Position numbers and translations under genes: made by a program. The notes below the pieces were generated by a model. The model was not told the origin of the DNA. It ran no database searches and saw only the letters and a program-made list of their open reading frames with translations. A stretch of DNA of 64,000 nt, taken from NCBI GenBank assembly GCA_951406725.2, contig OX597814.1, forward strand, positions 77,810,001 to 77,874,000, in the 5' to 3' direction. Of this stretch, positions 25,905-38,559 are shown piece after piece (the first letter of the stretch is position 1; each line of letters begins with the position of its first letter). Origin of the DNA: Octopus vulgaris (Eukaryota).

Positions 25905-27191
25905 CGAGGGACGTTCAATAAGTAATGCCCCTGACCCACTTGCAGTTGTTTGACCTAGCTGAAATTTTGCATGTGCAATTATTTATATCTCTATAGATTA
26001 AGTGGCAAATTACAGCTCTGAACTAATTGTGGTTTCTGATTTACAGGTGTTTGAACTGAGTCAAGTGTGAAATGGAGCCTGTTGAGTGTTGAGCAGTGAT
26101 CCGGTTTTTGTATTTGAAAGGACGCACACCACGGGAGACTTTTGATGAAATGAAAGAAACTTATGGTGATGATGCCCCATCATATGACATTGTAAAACGC
26201 TGGCATCGTGAATTCAAACATGGTCGGAACTCTGCGGAAACAGCTCCCAGATCTGGTCGCCCCCCTTCTGCCATTGATGAGGCATCTGTCCGTCAAGTTG
26301 AGGCTGCCATTTTGGAAGATCGACGCATAACTATTTGCCAAATAGGCCATGAGGTCAAGATTAGTACCGGGTCTGTGGAAACTATCATTCATGACCATTT
26401 GCATATGCAAAAGGTGTCTGCCAGATGAATTCCCAGGCTGCTCACACCTTTCCAGAAGCAAGAACGCGTTGAGTGCTCGAGGATGAATTTGGAGATGTGC
26501 CAAGAAGATGAGTCAAAATTTTTCAAAAGACTGATTACACAGGATGAAACCTGGATCCATCACTATGATCCAGAGACCAAAGCTCAGTCAATGCAGTGGA
26601 AGCACCGTGACTCACCTCCTCCAAAGAAGGCAAGGGTGCAGCCCTCCGCTGGCAAGGTCATGCTCACAGTCTTCTGGGACCAGGACGGAGTAGTGACGAC
26701 AGATTTCCTGGCAAAGGGTACCACAATTACAGGATCCTATTATGCTTCACTTTTGAGGAAATTAAGCTATCAAAATCAAGAGGCGGGGCAAGATCAGCAA
26801 AGGCATCCTCCTCCTGCAGAACAATGCTCCGGTCCACAACTCGCCTGTCACCAGATCAGAAGCATGGGCGTGCAGCTATAAACTCCTCCCCCATCCCCCC
26901 TACTCTCCTGACCTTGCACCCTCTGATTTTCACCTCTTTCCAGCCATGAAGTTGTTTTTGAAAGGAAAGCGTTTCCCAGATGATGCAGCCTTGATTTCTG
27001 AAGTCACGTCGTGGTTGGAGGACCAAGCTGGGGTCTTCTACAAAATCGGTCTCCAGAGTTGCATCAAACTATGGGAGAAATGCGTAACTCTGGGTGGTTC
27101 CCATGTAGAAAAAGACTAATAACTGTGCCAAGTTTCGTTGCTCTACTGCTATGGGAAGTGGGTCAGGGACATTACTTATTGAACGCCCTCG
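25905..27191 (+). mobile_element. Full-length mariner element with pseudogenised transposase
   Basis: TA flanks and ~36-bp TIRs CGAGGG(A)CGTTCAATAAGTAATG.CCCTGACCCACTT. HTH region, ITQDETWIHHYDPETK, QNNAPVH and PPYSPDLAPSDF motifs. TGA at the W of WIPR, and a frameshift near 26765. Confidence 0.95.
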
Positions 27192-27664
27192 TACATGTTG
27201 AAATGCGTTATACTAAAATACATATATGCAGTTATATATAACCGTATGAGCGTACATTGTTTGATACGCATGTACGTATGTGTATATGTGTGTGTATGTG
27301 TTGTGTATGTTAGTGTATAAGTATGTACATGCATGCACATATGAGTATGTGTAGATATATGTATGTATTGTATATGTATGCATGTAAAAAAAAAAGAATA
27401 AATAAAATAAAATAAAGCAAATTTGAATTTTAACCGTTGTCCTTGAAAAGAGTGTCATATATGTGTGTGTGTGTATGTATGTATGTATGTAGAGACGGAT
27501 AAGTGTATATGTGTGTATACTTTAAAATTATACGTATATTTGTGATTATGTGTATGTGTCTATATGATTGTGTGTACTTGTATATATGTATAAGATTATA
27601 TGTGTATATCTGTATCTAAGACGTTGTATCCATTCACCAGACGGTGGTGAGAGGGACAAACGCT

Positions 27665-27709
<45 letters not shown>

Positions 27710-28364
27710 CTATATACATGTATATGTGTGTATATATACAACCTTCAACAAAGTAACAGTCATGTATACAACTTGAGCTGACACATATCAGTACATAAAC
27801 ATACGTTCACATGTACATACACATGTACACACACACAGACACGTCTACACACTCTCCTATATACTCTCATACATACGTAAGTACATACGTACATACATAC
27901 ATACATGCGTATAGGCATGCACACATGCATGCGCACATACATGTACACACATACATACATACGCACATACATACACACACACTCACACACACGCGCGCAC
28001 GCGCGTAGATATATATCATGACCTAACTGTTACTTTCTCAGATGCAGCACGGAATTTTGTCTGAACAGGTTGCGGTCTCAAAGCGCCGAAAATATTTTGA
28101 CAAATTAAATTTAAATGTAGAAGTGAATCTAATGGTTTTTGTGTGTTTCTTAAATGGCTTATAAACACCTTCCACGCTGCAATTGTTTTCGTTCCAGCAC
28201 ACGATCTCAGATCAGGTCACTTGCTATACAAGTACATCTCCGTAATATATATATATATATATATATTGATAAAACGGTAAGATAACAAAAGAAAGAAAGA
28301 GACCTCAATATTATGTAAATAGAGGAAATTTATCTATACAATATGTTACATTACTCGGTAGTCA

Positions 28365-28427
28365 AGATAAAACTCTGAGTTTCAGATGCCGAAGTGGAAA
28401 TCCACAACACCATCTCTTCGGTTATCT
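28365..28427 (-). ncRNA. Candidate minimal type I hammerhead ribozyme, U4C core variant
   Basis: Minus strand reads AGATAA-CCGAAGA-GATG..CATC-T-GAAA-CTCAGAG-TT-TTATCT. Stem I is a perfect 6 bp. It lies in the left part of fold-back 28332-28517. Confidence 0.55.
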
Positions 28428-28514
28428 GGCTATTTTCTGGTGTTGTGGATTTCCACTTCGGCATCTGAAACTCAGAGTTTTATCTTGACTACCGAGTAAT
28501 GTAACATATTGTAT

Positions 28515-28561
<47 letters not shown>

Positions 28562-28831
28562 CACATGGATATATATATACACATTAAAAGTGAAACTATT
28601 GAAAGTGAAACTTTATAACTGTTACTCCGTTGAAGGTGTCACTTTTATTCTTTGAGCTTTGAGATATAATACGGAACCAGTTTCAATGTTGCATTGTTTT
28701 AATCCCTCAAAATTACATGTTGACACTCATGGGGTCTCATAGTGTTACTATGTAAAATTTGATTTGATTTGGTTGAGCCCTTTGCAAATGCATTGGGAAC
28801 AGACAGAAATACAAAGGATTTTATTTATACA

Positions 28832-31800
28832 CTAGCAGAATTGCTCGGGGCTGAATTGCTTGAAAGTACTGTTAATGATTGCACTGAATTATGATGATTA
28901 TTCAGGCAAATATTGATATAAGTTTACGGCGAATGAATGTATTTGTAAGTGTATAGAAAGTCGTGTAAAGGTGTTCCTACCCCCTCGTAGAATGGTGTAA
29001 GAATTGAATGCGAGGTTGCCTTGAAAAGAGCCATGTTATTGTTCTCATAATTGTAAGAATTTGATAGTCGTGGAAGGCGATGTAAAACGTTCGCAGGTGA
29101 ATAGGGTCTCTTCGTTTTGCACGAACGGCAGCGGATGTGCTGTTACAAAACTTGATGCTGTGTTAAAAGAGAGTGGATTTCATATGTAGGCAAGAGAGGA
29201 ATGAAGCATGGGTAAGAAAATATGTGTAATTTATAAAATATAGAACAATAGCATCTACTCACCATATGTCAGACCGGCAAGACTGTAGTGGTGCTGATTA
29301 GGTGAATCACAATACAGTGGTGGAGATGTTTTCATTGATGGGCGTTTTGATTAAATCTGTTGTTGTATAAAATGATCTGTTGATTAGTTTCGAAAGTGTA
29401 TCTTGCGATCGTGTTGTCGCTCATGTAAACTTTAAGAGTGAGAGTGTAGATGTAGGGGGTAGATGTGTCATGTACGTTGGATATAGAAGATGAGGCTGGT
29501 GGTTTGATGATGAATGGATAGAAATAGAGTTGAGCGAAGGACAGGTGTTGGTTAAGTGTGAATTAATGTTATGAAACGCCTAGAAATGCAAATGCCGTCA
29601 TAAAAGAGAGTCGTATGTAAGTGAAATTCTAACGTGATTGAAAATGATGAAACGTAGTAAACCTATAAAACCTCCTTGTACACAAAGTTTTTTTGTTTTT
29701 CGTTGTGGAAGGAATGCGAAAGCATCACTGTTGCTTCCGACACGCGAGCAGCCAACATAAAGTTGACCATGAGAGAAACATGGCTCTCCCAAATGTATTC
29801 CTGCCACAGACAGTGTTTGACCCTGCGCTTTGTTTATTGACATTGCGAAACATGGCCTTACTGGGAACTGGGACCTCCGAAATATGAAAGGTAGGTCTGT
29901 TCCTGATGGGAAAAGATGCATCCTAGGTATGAGCACAACGTTGCCTCGACCGCACCCTGTGATAATGGTGGCCTCAATCAGATTGGGAGATAAGGACTTA
30001 ACGATCAAACATGTGCCATTACATTGTTTTGGGGGAACCAAATTTCTAATGAGCATTATAGGGGCACCAACTTTAAGTTTGAGAATGTGTGGTGGTAGTC
30101 CGGGGGCTCAAAGGAATTGAGTACCTCTATTGGATAATTGATGACGTCGTCTGGGTCAGGAGTTGTATCGATAGACTTATATACATAGACATCCCCAGGA
30201 ATGAGTTTTAGCATTTCATCATTAATATGGTGAACAGTTTTATTCCTCGGGGCCAGAATAGCCCTTTGGCCAATCCAATCCATATTCTGATAATTAGCTT
30301 GTAGATCTGGGAATACTGCATCTCTGAGATCAGAAGGCGTGTTAACAATGGTACAAATGGAATTGATGGCAATATTACCATTTTCATCCCCTGGTATTTT
30401 GCCTTCGCCAAGTGCAAGGAGGGTGTGAGAAAATGCTGCTGATGTGATATCACGTCGCATATGAGCACGCATATTGGTGTGAAGTTTGAGAGTCTTCACC
30501 AGTGGCCACAATGTGGATGACTTAAGACACGCACTTACAGCATCAGCTCTAGTCTCTTTGGGAATAATGGGAAGTGTTTGTCGGAAGTCCCCTGAAAGAA
30601 GAAGTGTTATGCCTCCCATAGAGATCTCTGAGAGATCTATCTAGTGCCTCAAGAGCACCTCTGTGGGCCATCGTGCATTCATCCCAAACGATAAGCTTGC
30701 ATCGTCTGAAGACTTCTGCCTGATCGGAGCTGTTACTGATGTTGCAAGTTGGTGTCTCAGTCTTCGCTAAGTCAAGTGGGAGTTTGAAAGTAGAGTGAGC
30801 TGTCCTGCTTCCTGGCAACAAAGTAGCCGTAATTCCAGATGATGCCACAGCTAGGGCAATGCCTTGTGTTCGCCTAATCTCAGCCAATATTAATTTGTTG
30901 ACAAAAGTTTTCCCAGTGCCCCCAGGAGCGTCCAGGAAAAAAATGTCCCCAGCTTTGGCCCGGACTGAATTAACAACGGAGTTGTAAGCGAACTTCTGTT
31001 CTGGAATGAGCTTTGGCTCATTGTCGGCTATGTACTCGGCAAGCTCGTCAACATTAAAACATGTCTCACGCAGCAAATGTGAAGACCAGAGTGTTTGTGC
31101 CTTCCCGGTTTGTTGAAGGTAGGCCATAGACCGGCAAGGCACTACCGCCCATATCGAGTACAGTATCTTCGATTTCAAGCAGCGCCCTGTTGTAAATGAG
31201 GTCAGTGTACCCGACCTCCATTGATGGATGTAGCGATTGAGCGTGACGCAGGAAATCTTCAGACATATCATCTTTGTAGGTAAGCCATAAAGAGGCGGGA
31301 TTAGCCAAGTCACACCATAGTAATAGAATAGCGAAAAGCGATCTGATTTTTTTTAGGAGATTTTAATGAAACACCTTCTGCCATAGTGGCGCCCCATTGT
31401 GAATCATCCCCCAAAAGTCGACGCCGAAAACAGGCTTCACGGAAAGTATCACATAATACACCATCAACAGTTCTGATGTCTTGAAAACTTTGTGGGCCTA
31501 AAACCTCATGGAGGAGAAGGCGCAGGTGAAAACAGTCATGTTGGTTTGGAGGTACAGTGTAGACTCTTCCTAGACAACTGTTAAACTTGACACCAGGATG
31601 TCCTTCAACATCCTGACCCGACTTCCTACGCACCCAATTGTTGTTTGACCACACGTAGTAGGACGGGACCTGAGGGTATAAAAGTGTTTTAGCAAATGTG
31701 TCAAGTTGGCAAAGCCTAAAGAAACCGGTCAAAGTTGTTTGTTTTGGATTTGCCGCCAAATCAGCTGCAGTCTGTTCAGTAAAGTAAGTTCGTTGGCCAT

Positions 31801-34594
31801 TTTCCAAATGAACCGCTAGTTGTATGATGGCGGGGTGCCTTTGGTGAAGTGGAAACCCGAATATCCGCCAAAAAGCTTCACCACTGCTTATGTACCGACC
31901 TGCCATGTACTGTGACACCTCGTCCATGCTATTGTCCTTTTGAAGGCCAAACATGGCAGCGTCAGAACCCTTGTTAACATATTTACATATATACTTTATA
32001 GACTTGACTGAATGACAGAACTCCACATTTATGTGAGCGTTAAAAGTTTTCATCAGAAATGGACAGTACGGCACTACCCACCTATTATCCACTTGATGAC
32101 CCCGTAACGTTATAGTGAATCCACCATTGTCAGGGTGCCTTCTTCTGTACAGTGGGTATCCGTCGCGGCCGGTCTGGGACTTGTCCACGAACCTCTTTGG
32201 GTACCGTTTAGTGCACACGTGGTCTTTGTGGCATGAGGAGAACTTTTGAAAACCAGGACCGCACGGACCGTGTACCATGTGTGCCTTCACAATGTCGTAC
32301 AGCTGCCGGTCAACAGTTGGGTCCGGAATTTCTGCTGCAATGAGATCATCAAGAACTGTTGGGTCTATTTTGTTGACCAACCAAAGCAAAATGTGCGCGT
32401 GTGGCAACCCTCTTTTCTGCCACTCAACAGTATACATGTGGCAGTTAACAGGCCCCAAAACCTGGCCTTTTTTTTATTAAAAGAATGAGCTTAGCCAGTT
32501 TCTGCCTGAAAACCCTTGCAATAATATCATGGCGATGACAGTACTGCTGCCATGGGAGAAGTTCTCGCGTTACCTCAACCCACTTTGGGTTACATGTAAA
32601 GGTAATGAATAAATCGGGTCGCCCATAATGCCGAACGTAAGTCATAGCGTCTTGTGTTCGCTCGTGCATGTACCGAGGGCCCCCTGTATAGGTTGAGGGG
32701 AGAATGCACATTTTGCCGATATTGCGGGCGTCAGTGTCATTCCTGATGCCATCACGCAAATGGATGTAGGAGTCTGAGCGCAGCTGCTTCTGATTCAATT
32801 TGATGAAGCCCAGTCTCTCGGACTCCATCTTTGCAGCCATGTCAACTGCAAACTGGTGAAACAGTTCCCGTGATCTGTGCAGGGGGTTGAAATCATTATG
32901 CCTTGTCATGAAGCGGTATGAGTAAAAAGCCATACATGAAACAGTTTTAGATGTCGCAGCCGAGGGCTCGTTTGGTTTGTGGTGAGGAATGCCGAAATGG
33001 TACCCGTCTTCTCCATACGGAAAAAGAAGGGGATACTGCAGGGCGTCATATGACCGATGCGTCTCATTAATACGCTGAAAACCACTGTCGCGGCTTTGAA
33101 GAACTATGTCCCGCTGCTTGTGCTGTTCACCATGGAGAACTATGGCCACTTCATTGCACGAAGGAGCGTTATATCGCCGCGCGTGCTCCCCAGAAGGCCT
33201 TTTGTCAGCATCGATGACAATGGTGAATGTTGGTGAAGGCGCTGTTTCCAAGGCGTATTTGAAACTGCGAATATAGCTGTTGTGGTCATGAAGCATGTTT
33301 TTCAGAGTGAGCAGCACGTCCCTGTCGAAATTGTCAGCGTCAGTGTTTGCAGGTTGTGGAATTACGTCGAAACGCAAATCAAGTTGCCTATTGTAATTTG
33401 TAATGAAATAAATTTGAAGGAACGAAGGTTTGCAATTTTGTAGTGGCTGGAGTGACCCAATAAGGTGGTACACCTGGCCCTGGACCTTGAAAGTAGGCAT
33501 CCAACCAGTTTCTCTGACAACGTTAGCCCCGAAAGAAGTCATCTGAAATGCACAATTGTATTTCCTGATGAGTTGAAGGAATTTTGATGACCTTGAGGTG
33601 GAACCAGTAAGTAATTCCTTCAAAGGGTCTGGCAGCTCCCGAAGAGGGGGCAAGCTGACCTTACCGTTTAAGTAGCACATCGCAGGTGGTTCCCCAGCCC
33701 ACTTTTTAGCATTGCAGAATTGGCAATTGAAGCACATTTCCCCAATATTTATGTCAGCGTGCATCGAGTAATTGAAGTTGGGCTCATACTTGAAAGCACG
33801 TAGATGCCAGTAAGGTGTGTTTGGACTCGTCAGACCGCGGCGTCGACTGTTCCGCTGGAATGTAGAACGTTGCTGGTCTGAGTCGTGGGAATGTGTCGAA
33901 AATGTTGAAGCAGCAGTAGCCGCAGCGTTTGTAGCCAGTCGAGTGGCCCTTTGTTGTGGGTCCTCTGAAGCCCTTTGTGCAGCAACAGCAGAAGCGTTTA
34001 TGGCGCTGCGCTTCGCCCTTTTTGCCGCTGCTGCTGCAGTATGGCGGCCGAGGCGACTTCTCTTTTTCGGTGGCATTTTATGTGAAAAAGAAAGGGTGAA
34101 AGTTACTTAAAGATAGAAATTGTAATTTGAATGAAATGTGGAAAAATGTAAACCGTGGAAGGAAAAGAAATAAATATTAGCAGCTGAAAGAAATTTTTTA
34201 TGCAAGTATAGCGACAGAGTGTGTAAAATGTATAGAAATTTGAGTTAAAAGCCATAAAAGAAAGTTAGATTTGCAAGAAAGGAAGTAGTTTACGTACATG
34301 TTCGAAATGTGAAGTGTTTTAGTTGTTTAATCAAATATTTGCGTAAAGTGTATAGAAACGTAAATTGAAAAAGAAAATGAATTGAAATTTTTAAGAAAGG
34401 AATTTGTTTACATACATGTGTGAAATGGCAAATGTTTGTGCAGTTGTCCGAAATGGAACCAGGGTAAATGTGTGGAACTGATGTATTATAATGAATAGTC
34501 CTTCTTGAACTGAAAACCAGTGGTGTAGCATATAAAGGCATAAGGGATCTTCTTCTAGCCAAAATGGATGACCAGTCTGAATGGCTCACCCCTG

Positions 34595-34633
<39 letters not shown>

Positions 34634-35351
34634 GACACGCACACACACACATACACACACACACACACACTTACAATGTCTGTCAACAATTGACACGCAC
34701 ACACACACATACACATACACACACACACTTACAATGTCTGTCAACAATTGACACTGTCGTATATATTAGCGTGTCTATGTGTCTAAAGAGGAAGTGGGAG
34801 TAATAGGCAGAGTAAAGGCTTCAAAGTGAAAGAGTGAAATGTTAAAATATTGAGTTTTCTCGAATTTTGTCTTAATTGGGGGTGAAATTGAAAGAAATTT
34901 TGTATGGCATGACCGAATGGAAGTACTTGTAAAAATCATAGGTAAACTGTAATTGAAGAAATTGTGTGAGGAGTAAATCGTTATGTATTTATTTGTTTCT
35001 GTTTGCTGTTTTTTTTTTTGAGTAGTGTTGTAAGGTACACTTGCAAAGAGAAAGTAGGAGAAATTAGGGTGATAGTATGAGTGAAGCAGTTCGCTCCGTT
35101 TTTGTGTGTGTATGTGTGTGTGTGTGTGCTGTAGCCCACACTAAGTAAAGCACTTCACTTACACACCACAATGTGAGTTTTCTCGAAATTTTGCTTAATT
35201 GGGGGTGAAATTTGAAAAACTGTACCTGGCACGACCCGATGTATTCTACTCTTAAAAATGCTAGGTAAATTGTAATTGAAGAAATCCTATATTGTAGATT
35301 TCTATAAGAGACAAAGGGAGGCAGATAAAATCTGCCTTTTATAATAAGAGA
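28832..35351 (-). mobile_element. Full-length Helitron (Rep-helicase type), 6.5 kb
   Basis: 5' A|TC at 35351-35350 and 3' CTAG|T at 28835-28832. It encloses a Rep/PIF1 coding region. Confidence 0.93.
29663..34076 (-). pseudogene. Helitron Rep-helicase, roughly 1470 codons, split by ~6 frameshifts
   Basis: N-terminal Cys cluster, FITFTCNPKW, HUH motif VEWQKRGLPHAHILLW, Y2 motif YICKYVNK, Walker [33 protein letters not shown] and [11 protein letters not shown]. Confidence 0.95.
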
Positions 35352-36061
35352 TACATATAGATTACACAAACTGTGCAATACTGTATCATCATCATCATCA
35401 TCATTTAGCGTCCGCTTTCCATGCTAGCATGGGTTGGACTGTTCAACTGGGGTCTGGGAAGCCAGAAGGCTGCATCAGGCCCAGTCTGATCTGGAAGTGT
35501 TTCTACGGCTGGATGCCCTTCCTAACGCCAACCACTCTGTGAGTGTAGTGGGTGCTTTTTACGTGCCACCCGCACAGGTGCCAGACGGGGCTGGAAAATG
35601 GCCACGGACGGATGGTGCTTTTTACGTGCCACCAGCACTGTATATTTAATATAAATCTGAATTTTCCATTTTAGTATGCTTGAAACACTCAAGATGTTTT
35701 TTCCTATCAGATGAATACAAGTGGTTGTTTGGGTGTATGTTTTCTCTTCCTGAGAGGTATTTTAAAGTTCATTTTCACTGCTCATGCCACATGTTTAGTG
35801 GTAAGGGCATATAAACAAAAGGTTGTTGAAAAGTTACTGGCACAAAAAAAAAATGTCTTTTTTTAATATATTCCATCATCTATTATTGTGAACCATTCAC
35901 TCATCACATTTTAAAAAGATTATGTAGATTATTATTGTCCATATTTAATGGTGATCAGTTTATGGATGTTTCTAATGCAGCACAGTGCAGTGTTTGTGTG
36001 TATGCGTTTGTGCATGCATGTGTTTGTAAGTTTGGCTATCTGCATGTCTCTTCATCTAGAC

Positions 36062-37912
36062 CAGAGGTGTGCAACATTTTTCATTAGCGGGCCACTTTTG
36101 AACATTGGAACAACAATCAGGGCCAGTCACCATCAAAAATATGTAATCTAATGGTAACTAGTGTATTGAGTCATGAATTCATTGTGAATACATTTTTAAA
36201 CAATAAAGACAAATGAAATTAAGTTTAGTTTTATTAATGAGACTTGGTATTTTGTATTTTTGCACAATTTATCAATGTCTGCTTTGACTGATATGGCGAC
36301 AACTAGTCAGATGTTTGTCTGTGAGATGACTTCAGTATCTGTTTCTAGTAAATTTCATTCTTGAGAAGAACTGCTCACAACAATATGTGCTGTCAAAAAG
36401 GGTTGTCATTTTCCTAGCTTTTGCTCTAAATTTGGATGCTTTCCACATGCATAATTTTTGCAGAAAAACCAAGTCATTGCTATCATAAGAATTTTCTCAA
36501 GTCCATGTCAGACTGCAAATCTATCAGCTCCATTTGACACTAATCAGGACTGTTCTCAGGTACCATGTCAAATGGCTGAGAAAACAGCTTGAACTCACGT
36601 TTCACATTTCCTGAAATCAGCAAATCTGCTTGTAAATTCAGCACACAACTTGCCAACACTCAGCATATTTGGAACAATCCAAATCTAGCATTTCTACTTT
36701 TCTGTCAGCTAGCCTGAGTAAATGAGTGAGTGCTGTTCTACTCAGCTCAGTCTGAAAAAGTTGTAGTTTCTTTTCAAGGGAACAAATGTGCCTAAACATC
36801 TTGTTCACCAGCTGACTTTTACCTTGTAGTTTAACATTTAAATCTGAAAGTTGTTGAGTGATCTCAGTTAGGAAAGCAATATCATTTAACCAATCAGCAT
36901 CATTTGAATAAGCAACATCTTGTTGCTTATTTACCATGAATAATCCAATCTCCTTTCTTAGGTTCCAAAATCTTTTCAAAATAGCAGCTCTACTGAGCCA
37001 ACGCACTGCAGAGAAGTACACAACATCAAAATAATCCAAGTCAAGTTCTTCTAAGAAGGCTTTAAATTGCCAATGATTTAGTCCTTGAGCATGAATGTAA
37101 TTCACACATTGAACAACATTTTTCATAACATCAGTAAAGCCAAGTAATTTTGTGCACAAGCTTTCCTGGTGTATAATGCAGAGATTCACTTCCAACCTCT
37201 TACAAACCAATGGTATCCAAAAATTTCTTAGTGAATCCATTGATTCTACCTGTCATTGAGGGTACCCTATCAGTTGTCAGGCCACACAGTTTAGAAGAGT
37301 CAAGTTGAAACTTCATGATCAACTTCAAGATTTGTTCACTAATTCTTGTCTAGTGGTTGTTGAAGACATACTGGCCATTTCCAAAAATTCTTCATTTATT
37401 TCAAAATTGTCAGTAATTCCTTATACAAACACAACCAGTTGTGCAGTGTCACATCTGTCCTTTCATCAAGAGCCAAACTATATTCTGCCATCTATTTATC
37501 CTGCAAGTTGATTTATTCTGCGGAACACAGAATGGTTTGCTGCAATAAATGTTTCTTTTCGAGACATGCAAAATGAGTAAATATGCCCAAGCAACTTTTT
37601 TTATAGATTCTCCAAGGTTTCCCCTTTTCTGCAATTGATTCACAGATTTTGAAGCTAAGCTTTGTTACAAGCTCAGAATCTTTCTTATAACATGTAAATA
37701 CTCCTTGTTGCTTCTTAATTGACTTGGTCATCTGTTCTAGTTTGTCCACTCGAGCTTGACCTACCAATGTATCATATATGGTTGAATGTTTCATTGTATG
37801 ACATTTAATGCTGTATTCCTTCATTATGGCTATTACACATACAATACCTTTATTGAGCCAAACACCCAAATATTTGTTGCTCCAGTCATTGTTGAATATT
37901 CTTCCCTCATCA
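36062..37912 (-). mobile_element. Decayed hAT transposon (Buster/SPIN, GTF2IRD2-like)
   Basis: CIIHQESLC, VRWLSR, DLNVKLQGK and FNNDWSNKY motifs. One CAGAGGTGTGCAAC-type end at 36062. The other end was not found; a SINE starts at ~37915. Confidence 0.85.
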
Positions 37913-38559
37913 TAAGATGGTGAGCTGGCAGAAACATTAGCATGCTGGGTGAAATGCTTAATGGTATTTTGTCTGTCTTTACGTTCTGAGTTCAAATTCT
38001 GCTGAGGTCAACTTTACCTTTCATCCTTTGGGGTCAATAAATTAAGTACCAGTTGCATACTGGGGTTGATCTAATCAACTGGCTCTCTCTCCGCAAAATT
38101 TTGGGCCTTGTAAGAATCCAGAAATACCTTATGAGAACCCAGGATTGGGTTCAAAATCCTACCAGGACATCTGTTGAAGGCTGGAGAGTAAATCAGCTGA
38201 AACGTGGTAACAATAAACAAGATGAGGGCACATATCTGTCTAATGTAAATAATGAACAATAACTACCACAAAAATATTGAGTTTTCAATAATTATTTACT
38301 CCAAGTTTCATGTTGCCATTTTCTAAAATCACATTCCATGTTTAACATGAACTCAGAGTAACACAAGTGTTGAAAATCCATCATCATCATTTTAGTTTGG
38401 TTTCGATGTCTCTACTTGAGACCTAAAACTAGTAACTATGTTATAATGAGAGGAATTCTTTCAACAGATGTGCTGTTGAGATTAGACATCATGTATATTT
38501 GATTTCCATGTATATATATTTGATTTTCATGTATATATATTTGATTTTCATGTATATTT

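Noticed and set aside
26096-27120. SETMAR-like domesticated gene
   Set aside because: It has TIRs and TA TSDs, stops and a frameshift, and no SET domain.
31345-32476. Programmed ribosomal frameshifting at Helitron A-runs
   Set aside because: There are several heterogeneous indels. Slippage mutation or sequencing error is simpler.
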